A stretch of 62,989 nucleotides of DNA, the filler included, from Octopus bimaculoides (Eukaryota): assembly GCF_001194135.2 (NCBI RefSeq). It is 6 parts of 6 records of this genome, joined end to end, with 100 filler letters (N's around TTAATTAATTAA, not from the genome) between each part and the next. Parts side by side here need not be neighbours in the genome. Positions count along the whole stretch, not along the records: positions 27,411 to 40,919 come from NC_068991.1; positions 41,020 to 50,199 come from NC_069003.1; 4 more parts are not named here. One strand, 5' to 3'. Every line of letters begins with the position of its first letter. Within the stretch, counting starts at the first letter, position 1. The notes under the pieces are model-generated. The model had not been told where the DNA came from, ran no database searches, and saw only the letters and a list, made by a program, of their open reading frames with translations. The translations under genes were made by a program, and so were the position numbers. Below, piece after piece: positions 35,222 through 46,447 of this stretch.

Positions 35222-35605
35222 ATTACACTGGAGAAACTAATGCAGATATGAAACAAACAATTCGGCCGATGCCCCGAACTGTCGTCTCAACTTCCGTTTC
35301 ACCCGCATCCGCATATTTTCCACATTTTGTGTGTGGATGTCTTGATCATGAGGATCAACTAAATGTTGTTGGTGTAGAATCACCTCGTACGTGTAAGCAC
35401 CACCATTGAGGATAGCGATGTCATTATATACTCACCATCCATCGCTGACTATGTGAAACCCAGGCAAATTCCACCTTTGTATTAGTTCAGTTGAAGTTGC
35501 TTCTGTGCGGTTAGGTACTTCGACCAAAAATCACTTTCTTGAGACTCTCTCTATGCCACCGAATACCCAATGTCCCTTTGCTTCTCTTATTACTTATCTC
35601 CCCCT
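35222..35605 (-). pseudogene. Merlin (ISXO2/IS1595-like DDE) transposase pseudogene fragment
   Basis: One frame 35584-35222: EAKGHWVFGGIERVSRK*FLVEVPNRTEATSTELIQRWNLPGFHIVSDGW*VYNDIAILNGGAYTYEVILHQQHLVDPHDQDIHTQNVENMRMRVKRKLRRQFGASAELFVSYLH*FLQCN; three stops, no frameshift. Confidence 0.85.
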
Positions 35606-35684
35606 TAATTTTTATTTACATTTTTATATAACTAAACTGAACAATTACCCTACACCTACCCTCACCACACACACACATATATAT

Positions 35685-35845
35685 ATATGACGAGCTTCTT
35701 TCGGTTTTCGTCTACCAAATCCACTCACAAGGCTTTGGTCGGCCCGAGGCTATAGCAGAAGATACTTGCCCAAGGCGCCACGCAGTGGGACTGAACCTAG
35801 AACCATGTGGTTGGGAAGCAAGCTTCTTACTATACAGCCACGCAT
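35685..35845 (-). mobile_element. SINE family A 5' half
   Basis: CGTCTACCAAATCCACTCACAAGGCTTTGGTCGGCCCGAGGCTATAG... Confidence 0.85.
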
Positions 35846-35848
35846 ATG

Positions 35849-35899
<51 letters not shown>

Positions 35900-35900
<1 letters not shown>

Positions 35901-36035
35901 GTTCAAATTTACAGAAAACAAAAAACGAAGACAGGTGAGGGAACAACAAGCAGGTGTATTAGTTTGACGCTCGGGAAGAATGGAAAATGGAAGAGTTTTT
36001 GACGTTCGAGCCTACGCTCTTCGACAGAAAGATAA
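35900..36035 (-). mobile_element. Short element with hammerhead-like relic, possibly a Penelope pLTR derivative
   Basis: Minus strand CTGTCGAAGAGCGTAGGCTCGAACGTC followed by a pyrimidine-rich tract and (TA)n. Confidence 0.4.
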
Positions 36036-36139
36036 TAAAATGGAAAGAGAATGAAAAAAAAAATGAGAGAATAAAATGTGTAGGGATTAACGGTTCAACA
36101 TGATGAATATATATATTTACACACACACATATACACACA

Positions 36140-36300
36140 CAACGGGCTTCTTTCAGTCTCTGTCTACCAAATCCACTCACAAAGCTTTAATCGGCCCAAG
36201 ACTATAATAGAAGACACTTGCCCAAAGTACCACGCAGTGGGATTGAACCCGGAACCAAGTAGTTGCGAAGCAAACTTCCTACCACATAGCTGCACCTGTG
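36140..36300 (-). mobile_element. SINE family A 5' half
   Basis: ACGGGCTTCTTTCAGT...CCAAATCCACTCACAAAGC. Confidence 0.8.
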
Positions 36301-37165
36301 TATGTTGTATACATTTAAATTTCTCCCCCAGTTTATTCCCGCAATCAACATTTTTCTCTTCGTGCCAGGTATTCTTTCAACAGGGTCAAGTGCCTCCCAG
36401 AATCAGAAGTACTTCCCAGAATCGGAATCAAGTGCCTCCCAGAATCAAAATTATCACTTAAGCTTTTATTATCAAAAGTAGTTGCATATAACATCAACTC
36501 CAATATAACAACGATCCAACAATGAAATAATGCTGTAGAACCAACACATTTTACCTCTTGAAATGTTTCGTGTTAAAACAATGACTTCAGCTCAAACGTG
36601 TGACAGTTAGATGTGTGTGAATGTATACATCAAGGAGATAGTGTCCTCTCTGGTCGATTAACTTGGTATTTCCAGTGAAATGTGGGTCAACACGAAATAT
36701 TCACTCAAAATTTTTATCTCATAATCTTTAAACCAATTTTAAACATCACTTGAAACGAATAACAAAACGGTGGTGGTGGTGGTGGCCTTATGAGAATAAA
36801 ATTCACTGTCAGGGTTTTCCTTGCGTCTCAAGGTCAGACAATTTTTAAAGCTACAAATATTACTAATCACTTACAGGAGATCGGTAATGTGCTCTATTTT
36901 AGGAAACATTATCCCCGCATCAGCTAAATATAATTTTGATCGGTAATTAAGCTTCTAAAAATAAACAATGAAAGTTTGCTGACATTTCTGTTTTCTAAAT
37001 CTTCTTTGCGTAAACTTATTCGAATTAATAAAGTATTGATCAGCACGTGTAAATATTTTATTCGACATCTCGACAAAGTAATACTTTTCAGCAACAATGG
37101 TTTTACTTAATTTATCTAGATAACATTCAGTCGTCAGATCTATTACAAACACACACACACACGCG

Positions 37166-37213
<48 letters not shown>

Positions 37214-37283
37214 ACTCTCCCGTTGAAGACGGCGTATGAGTGTTCAGCTTGAACGACCTGCACAAATGATTTGTTTATAGTGA

Positions 37284-37430
37284 TCAAATGTGTGTGCTGG
37301 GGTTCAGCGTCTTGATCAGATCGACCAAAATGGGAGACTCCACTACATGCAGCGGTAGCATGTTGTCGAGAAACAGGTCGACAATCATTCTGTCCACCAA
37401 ATGTGTGTGCTCCCTCCCTTCATCAAATTC
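37284..37430 (-). pseudogene. hAT transposase N-terminal fragment
   Basis: VDRMIVDLFLDNMLPLHVVESPILVDLIKTLNPS resembles the post-BED hAT motif. Confidence 0.6.
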
Positions 37431-37608
37431 NNNNNNNNNNNNNNNNNNNNNNNNNNNNNNNNNNNNNNNNNNNNNNNNNNNNNNNNNNNNNNNNNNNNNN
37501 NNNNNNNNNNNNNNNNNNNNNNNNNNNNNNNNNNNNNNNNNNNNNNNNNNNNNNNNNNNNNNNNNNNNNNNNNNNNNNNNNNNNNNNNNNNNNNNNNNNN
37601 NNNNNNNN

Positions 37609-38379
37609 GAGGAAGATGATTTCTTCAGCAACATCACTCGAATCCGGGAAAGCAGGAGCCACAGGTCGCTGAAATCCAAGGTGCAGAGTTTGGTAAATAC
37701 CTGGCTGGAGGTCGTCTCGAAGGAGGTCCTGACTGAAGTTGCCTTTTCGGGTGAGAAAGTCTTGATCGACCTGTTCACCAAGTATAACACCGCCATTCTA
37801 TCCAGTGCTGCAGTTGAGCGCCTCTTCTCTATATGCAAAAATGTTTTGAGGGTCAAGAGAGCCACCCTGTCAGATGGTAACTTTGAGAGGCTGATGTTTA
37901 TGAAGGGCAACCAGCATCACGTCGAGGCGATAAAGGCCCAGCCAGAGTAGCACACCTTGATCATCATCTGATCTTGAAATGATACTAATGCTATTCTATA
38001 CCTTTTGATTCGTTTAATACTTTTTGTACAGTAAATAAAGTGTATGTTGACTGAAAAACTAATGTTTAATTTCATTTGTTCATTTAATTATTTGCGTACA
38101 CCTTGATTATCATCAGATCTTGGCATGATATACCTTTTTGGAAAGCTCTATGTCTAAGCTACAAGAAAATTTCAGCTTTCTCGGTTTCTTTTTAAGGGTT
38201 TTAGAGCCAAAAAACCAAACCGAAGCTAAATTCATAAAAGTTAATGGTTATCAGTCAGCGTAGTTTCCGCTTTTTTTTTTTTTACCCTTTTAACAGTTTA
38301 GCGTTTATGAAGTCAATTTTCTAGTTAGCGGAGTAGCGGTTAGTGAAGCCAACTTTTTGGTTAGCTGTGCCCACCACTG
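37609..38379 (+). mobile_element. hAT element 3' end: dimerisation domain and terminal repeat
   Basis: LFTKYNTAILSSAAVERLFSICKNVLRVKRATLSDGNFERLMFMKGN (stop 37950); ends TAGCTGTGCCCACCACTG. Confidence 0.85.
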
Positions 38380-38387
38380 ACTAGATG

Positions 38388-38970
38388 GTTCAAGAAATTT
38401 TGCTTGGGTTGCAAGAACCTCGACGATCAAACAAGATCAGGTAAGCCTGAAATTGTGGATTCCAAGGCTGTGCTGAAAGGCATAGAGGCAAATCGGGCGA
38501 GTAGCACTCGGAAAGTATCAGTCGAGCTCGGCATGTCATAGATGTATGCGACTGCGTGGCTAAAATACCCTTCATTGGTTAAAAGAAAGCGAACTCTTCT
38601 GCAGCAAGACAACGCAAGACCTCATACCGCTCGAACGACCTGGAATAAACTTCAGGAACTTGAGGGAACCGAACTGATGCCACCTCCAGCATATAGTCCG
38701 GACCTAGCTACCTCGTATTATTACTTGTTCCGATCCATAGCTCACTTCTTGCGATCGCGACGCTTCATTAATCAAGAAGAGGTGCAAGCTTCAGTGTAGT
38801 AGTTCTTCGCCTCGAAGGACAAGAACTGGTATCAGTGTGGGATCAAAGAATTGGCAGAAGGGTGGCTTTAGATGGTGCAACAAGATGGCCTCTACATTGA
38901 ATGCTAGGCTACTTCTGTTGTAACTTGACGAATAAAGCACGTAAGTTACCAAACTATTACTCAACGCAAT
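38388..38970 (+). pseudogene. Mariner transposase C-terminal remnant
   Basis: LLQQDNARPH, YSPDLATSYYYLF, FFASKDKNWYQCGIKELAEGW; mariner-like end ...TACTCAACGCAATA. Confidence 0.85.
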
Positions 38971-39699
38971 AGTTCCCGAGATTTGGTACTGTTGAATGTT
39001 TTTTCTTCTTTCGTTCAGTTCCGTCTTTTTCGATTTTACATCGTTTTCTTTAAGAAATTAATGGAAAAAAAAACCCAACTTCAGTCGATTTCTTCAACTC
39101 TACTTAAATTGTCAAGAGTCCAAAACAAATAATCAAAAGGGGATAATTAATTAATTATCGTGCAATTAACTGTAATAACAATATTTCGACTCGTACAATC
39201 ATTGATTCACTTCAGTTGCCATATTAGTTGGTATGTCAAAGAAGAAATGAAACGGGAATAAAGATGAAACGAAATTGGAGACCGAAAGGATGTAGTAATT
39301 GCTGTTTAACCCTAAGTCAAGGCATTCTATGATCAAAGGCAGTCTATTCATGAGTGGTGCTCCAAGATGTTCACATCAACCAAGCTTTTGGAATACCTTC
39401 AAGAATAAATAATTATCCCGCTTTAGGTTCATATTATCTAATAGGACCTATTTTCTTTTTCTTCAGAAGATGGTAAAGAGTGCTTTTAGATGTGGTTGCT
39501 ATTTCTAGCGATCACTTAGAGATTTCCTCAATTTCTCGTAGTAGTTGTAGTATATGAACAACGTAAATGAAATTATGTTAGGTGTGAAGAGGATACAGGT
39601 GTAATGAAAGTAGATTAAATTAACGGAATATCCAGAAATGAAATTTGGCTTTAGCTGTTAATATTTCTGATTCTAGTTTAATGTGTATTTCTAAATATT

Positions 39700-40127
39700 G
39701 GTTTCAAATTTTGGCACAAGGCCAGCAAGCTCGGGAGGAAGGATAAAGTCTATTACTTATTTATTCATTGCCCACAAGGGGCTAAACATAGAGGGGACAA
39801 ACAAGAACAGACAAAGGGATTAAATCGATTACATCGACCCCAGTGTGCAACTGGTACTTAATTTATCGACCCCGAAAGGATGAAAGGAAAAATCGGCCTC
39901 GACGGAATTTGAACTCAGAACGTAACGGCAGACGAAATACCGATAAGCATTTCGCCCGGTGTGCTAACGATTCTGCCAGCTCGCCGCCTTAGATAAAGTC
40001 TATTACATCGACCTCAGTGATCAACTGGTATTTATTTTATCGAACTCTGAAAGGATGAAAGGCAAAGTCGACCTCGGTGGAATTTGAACTCAGAAATTAA
40101 AAACGGTCGAAATGTCAATAAGCATTT
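39700..40127 (-). mobile_element. Nested/tandem family B SINEs
   Basis: Three partial or full B units in the same orientation. Confidence 0.85.
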
Positions 40128-40531
40128 NNNNNNNNNNNNNNNNNNNNNNNNNNNNNNNNNNNNNNNNNNNNNNNNNNNNNNNNNNNNNNNNNNNNNNNNN
40201 NNNNNNNNNNNNNNNNNNNNNNNNNNNNNNNNNNNNNNNNNNNNNNNNNNNNNNNNNNNNNNNNNNNNNNNNNNNNNNNNNNNNNNNNNNNNNNNNNNNT
40301 TTAAAAGATTAGCCCTTCGCTATATTTAGAAAGACTTATCGTTGTAATAGCGGAGGACATTTCAAGTTATCATATAACACTGAAGCATAAAAGTTGCTTA
40401 ACTATAAAATATATTTTTTCCTTTTTCTCCTTTCAGTCACATTTCCATCGAAATTTCGTAGAAGATTATGTGATATTCAACTTTTCCATTATTTTATTGA
40501 AAACTATTGGCCATTTGAAACATTGTTAAAA

Positions 40532-40586
40532 CTATTTTGCAGAAAAAAAGTGTTGGCGGCCGCCAACACATTTTTCTGCAAAATAG
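40532..40586. repeat. Near-perfect spacerless palindrome (55 bp)
   Basis: CTATTTTGCAGAAAAAAAGTGTTGGCGG|CCGCCAACACATTTTTCTGCAAAATAG. Confidence 0.9.
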
Positions 40587-40919
40587 GGGTAGCTTATCCT
40601 GTTCAGGCTATATTATTAGCATTATCCTGCGTTTGAGAAGTTTTTAAAAAGTCACTACTTTAACTTTCTAAGACATCTCAACGGTTCTAAATGCAAACTT
40701 CGTTTGTTTGTTTACTTTTATCGTAATTTGAATTTATTATTAAAACTGTTATTTCCACCATATAATAGCTGCTGATTGTTGACAAAGGTTTTATACACCT
40801 TTCAGTCATCGAACTGAAACAAAAAAAGTTGGGGTTAATATAGAACAGTGGTTCCCAACCTGTGGTCCGCAAAGGTAGAGCTGGGGGTTCGTGAACTATA
40901 TATATATATATATATATAT

Positions 40920-41019
40920 NNNNNNNNNNNNNNNNNNNNNNNNNNNNNNNNNNNNNNNNNNNNTTAATTAATTAANNNNNNNNNNNNNNNNNNNNNNNNN
41001 NNNNNNNNNNNNNNNNNNN
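40920..41019. other. Artificial scaffold-joining spacer
   Basis: 44 N + TTAATTAATTAA (40964-40975) + 44 N. Confidence 0.95.
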
Positions 41020-41206
41020 GTCTATGTGATCTCAAATTCTAAAACAAACACATAATTTTCTTATGGTTTCTTAAAAATTCACTAGAACAAAACTGTACAA
41101 AGCCAAATATATGGTACCCTAGGCATAACACCTACATGAACTTCTAACTTGTTGTCTCTTGAGGTCTCTGGGTGAGACTTGGATCCAACTTGTACAAATG
41201 CAAAAC

Positions 41207-41244
<38 letters not shown>

Positions 41245-41329
41245 TTTCATTTATTTGCAACCAGGGCGAAGGATGAGGAGGACAATACAGAGACAGACAT
41301 AAAGTGTGTGTGTGTGTGTGTGGGGGGGG

Positions 41330-42050
41330 TTAAGATAATAGTAATGAAGTGATAAAAACAAAAGCAAAAGCAAAACATGTATACAAGATATACACTAAAA
41401 AGGAAAGGACATGTGCATAGCACACAAAGGTAAAGAAAAAAAAAACGAAAAAGTCGGGGCGGGGAGGACGATGGAGATGTGTCCCTCTTGATACAAGAAG
41501 GCCTCTCGGGATAAATCAAGGAGCCTTACTGTCCGAGATTTCCCCGAAACCCTGGGAGCAAGTGCGCTCTCCAATTCCTTCTCTCCGACTAACAGTTCTG
41601 CACTTAGAGAGATACCGTCCACTCTTGCCATTTTCGCAACGTTCACCCAGCTTTCAGTAAACTCACTCGAGGACAACACTTCCCTCTCCACTCTCAATTT
41701 TCTTTTCAAATCAAACTTGAAGAGGTCAATGAGAGCTCTACCAAAGAGGAATGTATCTGTCCTCATGCCTTTCAGCCTTGTCAACCGAACAACCTTTCTC
41801 GCCACAGCCACCAAGCAAAGGAAAACTACCTTGCCTGCCCGGCGGTGCGATCATCACTATAGACTCAGCCGACAGACGGATCCGCCCTACACGTGTCAGC
41901 AGCTGTTCGACATAACCCTACAAGTCAGCAATGCCCGGACACTGAACGTGGAATACAGAACAGTTTCGTTACTTTGCGTGCACCTCGGACAAGTCCGTTT
42001 CACAGCACTGTAGAGTTTATCTCGAACCGGTAGCACACCTCGGTAGCGTT
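41330..42050 (-). pseudogene. L1/Tx1-type LINE ORF2 3' remnant
   Basis: LPVRDKL..RTCPRCTQSNETVL..QCP (zf-RVT-like knuckle) followed by TRLKGMRTDTFL..LKRKLRVEREVLS; frameshifted. Confidence 0.6.
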
Positions 42051-42053
42051 GCC

Positions 42054-42095
<42 letters not shown>

Positions 42096-42105
42096 TCAAC
42101 AACAA

Positions 42106-42158
<53 letters not shown>

Positions 42159-42160
42159 AT
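42054..42160. repeat. Compound (AAT)n/(TAC)n microsatellite
   Basis: Direct reading. Confidence 0.95.
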
Positions 42161-42400
42161 AATAATAACTGTCATCCTTATTGTTGTTGTTATTATTATT
42201 ATTATTGTTGCTATTAATATATTGTTATGAATAATATTATGGATAGCAATATAATCAATAACAGAAATAAGAAAAACACAGTACAACAACATATATAACA
42301 ACCACATCAAAAACATCGCCCACCACTTATACTGAAAACAATGGAACGCGTATTAAAGTAATTGAGTAATTATACTAAGGATGAAGTTTCAACAACTGGA

Positions 42401-42464
<64 letters not shown>

Positions 42465-43099
42465 GAAATGATATTATGTTAACTACGGTCATTGATGATG
42501 AGTCTAACAATCAAAACATTGGCGACGCTTTATTAATACTCTGATTGTTAGCATGACGGGCAAAGTACTTAGCGGCATTTCGTCTGTCTTTACATTTCTG
42601 CCGAGGTCCTTTCAGCGATGAATTAATTACCAGTTGTGTACCGGGGTCGATATAATCGACTGACCCAAATTTCAGGCCTTGTGCCTATAGGAGAAAGGAT
42701 TATTTTTATTATTATCATAGAGTGGGAGAGCAATGCATGCCATCAAAGTAAACCGTGTTTCCAGAGATGAATTAATCACATCCCAAAGAATTCCTCTCAA
42801 AACATGGTTACGATGCTCCCCCACTACTTCTGCTCGTGATCAGAGATGCAATTATCATCAGTCACCAATAGACATACTCAATTTGTTCAGGTCAAGTAAC
42901 AGAGAAGCAAACCTGTGGTATTAAACACAATATTAGCTGTAGCCCATCTTTAATACTAAAACAAAACATGTACATGATAACATTTCCAATCAGTTAAGAT
43001 CAGAAGCCATGTGAACAAAAAGAAGGTAATTGCAGTAATAATAATAATAGTAATTCTTTCTGATATAGAGAACAAACCCTGTAATTTTGTTGGAATGGG

Positions 43100-43640
43100 A
43101 TAGTCAATGATATGTACCCCAGTGCTCGACTGGTACTTATTCTATCGACCCTGGAAAGATAAAAAACGAAGTCGATCTCGGCGGCATTTGAACACAAAAC
43201 TAAATTCCAGTAGGCATTAGTAACAACGAAAACAACAACAACAATAATAATAATAATAGTAATGATAATAATAATATTAAAGGTACAAGGCCTGAAATTT
43301 GTGGGGAGAGGATTAGTCGATAATATCGACTCCAGTGCGTCACTGGTACTTAATTTTCGACCCTGAAATGAGGAAAGGCAAAGTCGATCTCGGCGGGGTT
43401 TGAAGTCAGAACGTAGCGACGGGCGAAATACCGCTAAACATTTCGTGCAGAGCGTGAACGATTCTGCCAGCACGTCACCGTAGTAATGATAATAATGAGA
43501 ATGAAAATAATAATAATTTCAAAGTTTGGGACAAGGCCAGCAATTCCGGGGAGCGGATAAATCATCGACGCTAGTACTCAACTTGTAATTATTTTATCCT
43601 CTCCGAAAAGATGATAGACCAAGTCGAACTCGGTGAAATC
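43100..43640 (-). mobile_element. Cluster of three family B SINEs separated by (AAT)n
   Basis: AGTCGATCTCGGCGG..TTTGAA motifs near 43170, 43385 and 43622. Confidence 0.8.
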
Positions 43641-43779
43641 CTCAGTAGGAGGATTTCGACTCAAGGACGACCAAGTATTTCCACACAAACCAAGTGACCC
43701 TGCTCACCAAGTGCACCATGGTAAGTGCTCCTCTCGTTCCTCCGTAAATTATACCCTACATGCACATGCTTTGAGTACG

Positions 43780-44700
43780 GCTATTTATCTGGACTATCCT
43801 CGCTATCTTTGTCTGAAATTGTAGCAGATTCAGAATAGTTTCTGAGAATATGCACGTTCAAGTCCTTTTCAAAATTGCAGCCATTTGGTGCAAAATGTTC
43901 GGCAAGTTCTCTCAAACTATTCTTATTATGCCTGACGTCAAATCTCTGTCCATTGAATCTTTTGTTTAATTGTTCTGTTGTACAACCAACATAAATCAAG
44001 TTGTGTTTCGTGCATTCTGCCGTGTACACCAGATGGGAATCTTTACACGTCCCACCTTCCGTTATGATTCCTGATGGAATTCACTTGACTCATGTTGTTT
44101 CACAGTGAACAGACCCTTACCTTTTCAAGGTATAGCGTGCACAAACTCCAATGTTAGTTTTCTTGGAGTCAGAAGCAGAGGTTAATAGTTCCCATATTTT
44201 TATTCCGTCTAAAGGCTACAATAGGCGGCTGAGGAAATATTTGTTTGAAACGAGAATATTTTTCCGAGACATGCTGGTAATTTACATGTAACACTTTTGA
44301 AATGGCAGCGAAATTTTGCTGCAAGTTAATCACTAAAGTAATTCTCTCACATATCGTACTAAAATTATGCGTGAAAGTTTGACTTTCGTTGCTGTGTCAT
44401 TTGCTATTTCCTTTAATCGTGATTCATTGTAACCGCGTTTGACATAATGGTGTACAAAAGCATTTGTATGTTTCAAGTAATCTCCTATGTTAGTACACAT
44501 CCGTTTTATCCTCACAAGTTGGCATTTCGGATTTGACCGAATTATACGATGTGGATGATCGGAGCAGCGTTGCAGGAAAATTTGGGATAACGTGGGCTTG
44601 CAAAATAACTCTCTTACTATTCTTAACTTTTGTGTGCAAAAATTCAACGCTACCTTTTGAAAAAACTAGACGTAAATTTTATGTTGAATCTGCTACACTT
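43780..44700 (-). pseudogene. Penelope-like element: RT C-terminus/thumb and GIY-YIG endonuclease remnant
   Basis: FNIKFTSSFSKGSVEFL; KPTLSQIFLQRCSDHP..LVRIKRMC..YVKRGY; YTAECTKHNLIYVGCTTEQLNKRFNGQR..LAEHF. Confidence 0.8.
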
Positions 44701-45076
44701 GCAGAGATATGTTTGCGGGTCATGAACATCACGCTCTGAAGGGATGAATAAGATGGCAGTAGAGTTTCATCATATTTACACAAAACTGTTTGATTAAATA
44801 TTCTTCTTCATTTTCATTTTATTTTTATTTTCTTATTTTCTTTCTTTCTTTTTTTGCCAGTTTTAAACTTGAAATTTGAAGGCTGATGATGTCGTTCCAT
44901 GAACATGGAAGCGCTGGTTGCTCTCGTTCATATTTAGGATTTGAATTTGTATAATTTTGAATTTTTATCACTTTTCATTTTGAACTCGACAAAGATAGGC
45001 TAGTTGGCGAAATATCGTTCAACCAATAAAATATCTACAGCAATCGCATCTCGCTCTTCATGTTATCTAATAATAA

Positions 45077-45114
<38 letters not shown>

Positions 45115-45122
45115 TAAAATGC

Positions 45123-45154
<32 letters not shown>

Positions 45155-45184
45155 ATGATAATGCTGACAATAATAATAATTCCT

Positions 45185-45750
45185 TCTAGTTTTGGCACAA
45201 GATCAGCAATTTCATCGGGGAAGCGGGTAAGTCGATTACATTGATTCTAAGACTTAACTGGTACATAGTTTATCGACCCTGAAAGTATGAAAGACAAAAT
45301 CGACCTCAACGGAATTTGAACTCAGTACGCAAATAAGGACAAAATGCCGCTAAGCATTTTGCCGAGCATACTAACGATTCTTCCAGCTTCTTAATAGTTT
45401 CAAGTTTCGACACGAGGCCAGTAGTATGGAGGGGTAAGTTGACAACATTTCCTCCTATTTTCTACTGGTAATTATTTTATCGACTCCGAAAGGGAGAAAA
45501 GCAAAGTCAATCTTGGCGGAATTTGAACGCAGAACGTAGAGGCGGAAGAAATGCCGCTAAGCGTTTTGGCCTGTGTGCATCCGATTCTGCCCAGTCGCCG
45601 CCTTAATAATTCGTTCAAATTTTGGCACAAGGCCATCAATTTATGGGTGGATGGGAGACTGGACAAGTCAATTACATAGACCCCAGAGTTCAAATGATAT
45701 TTATTTTATCGATCTCAGAAAAATAAAAGGTAAAGTCGACTTCGGTGGAA
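45185..45750 (-). mobile_element. Cluster of three family B SINEs
   Basis: Repeated TTTGGCACAAGG..CAGC..GTCGATTACA..CTGGTA..TTTATCGA..GAAAGG..AAAGTC. Confidence 0.8.
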
Positions 45751-46354
45751 TAAGGATAATAATGACAAGAAGATTAACCAGTAGATGAGGAAGGAGAAGG
45801 AGAAATATAAGAAGGAGGAGGAGAAGAATGAGAAGAAGGAGAAAGAAGCAGAAGAAGAAGGAGAAGAAGAAAAAGTAGAAGAAGAACAAAAACAACAAGA
45901 AATGGTATACATTTTTTAATATTTGCCAGAATATCAACGAGTTCGGAGATCTGTCTATGGTTTTGCATCGAGAGACAGAAAGAGAAAAGGAAGAGGGAGA
46001 AAGAGAGTGGGAGAGAGAGAAAGAGAGAGAGAGAGAGAGAAAGATAAAGGGATGGAGAGAGGGAGAGACGCAGAGACAGAGAGAACATAACATATAAATG
46101 AATAATCATTTAAAAAATATATTAGATTAAGAAATATTATCGAGTGGTTGATGGAAAAATTTGCTGCCTGACAATAGTAATAATTTATATTAATATAATT
46201 TATATTAAACATTTACCAGACTGGGAAGTGCAAGTATAATCTCATGGCGGTTGTAATTTTGAAAAGAGAAATATATTAAATATCTTTTACTGATTTTCTT
46301 TTTTATTGTCCAGAGATCATTTCACTCAATGAAAATATTTTATTTAAAATTTAC

Positions 46355-46356
<2 letters not shown>

Positions 46357-46430
<74 letters not shown>
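46357..46430. repeat. (TATC)n microsatellite
   Basis: Direct reading. Confidence 0.95.
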
Positions 46431-46447
46431 CTTTATGCATTCATACA

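Noticed and set aside
35425-35445. GGATG|GTGAGT donor suggesting a host exon
   Set aside because: It lies within the Merlin frame (SDGW*), where the stop-creating mutation produces the apparent donor.
36386-36447. Three AAGTRCYTCCCAGAATC units
   Set aside because: Short local slippage duplication with no further structure.
43635-43657. 9-bp hairpin GAAATCCTC/GAGGATTTC as a terminator
   Set aside because: Eukaryotic context, at a SINE/Penelope junction, with no U-tract.
44880-44925. CTGATGA followed by a TTCCATG/CATGGAA hairpin as a hammerhead
   Set aside because: No GAAA-NUH core follows stem II, and it lies on the strand opposite the adjacent Penelope ORF.
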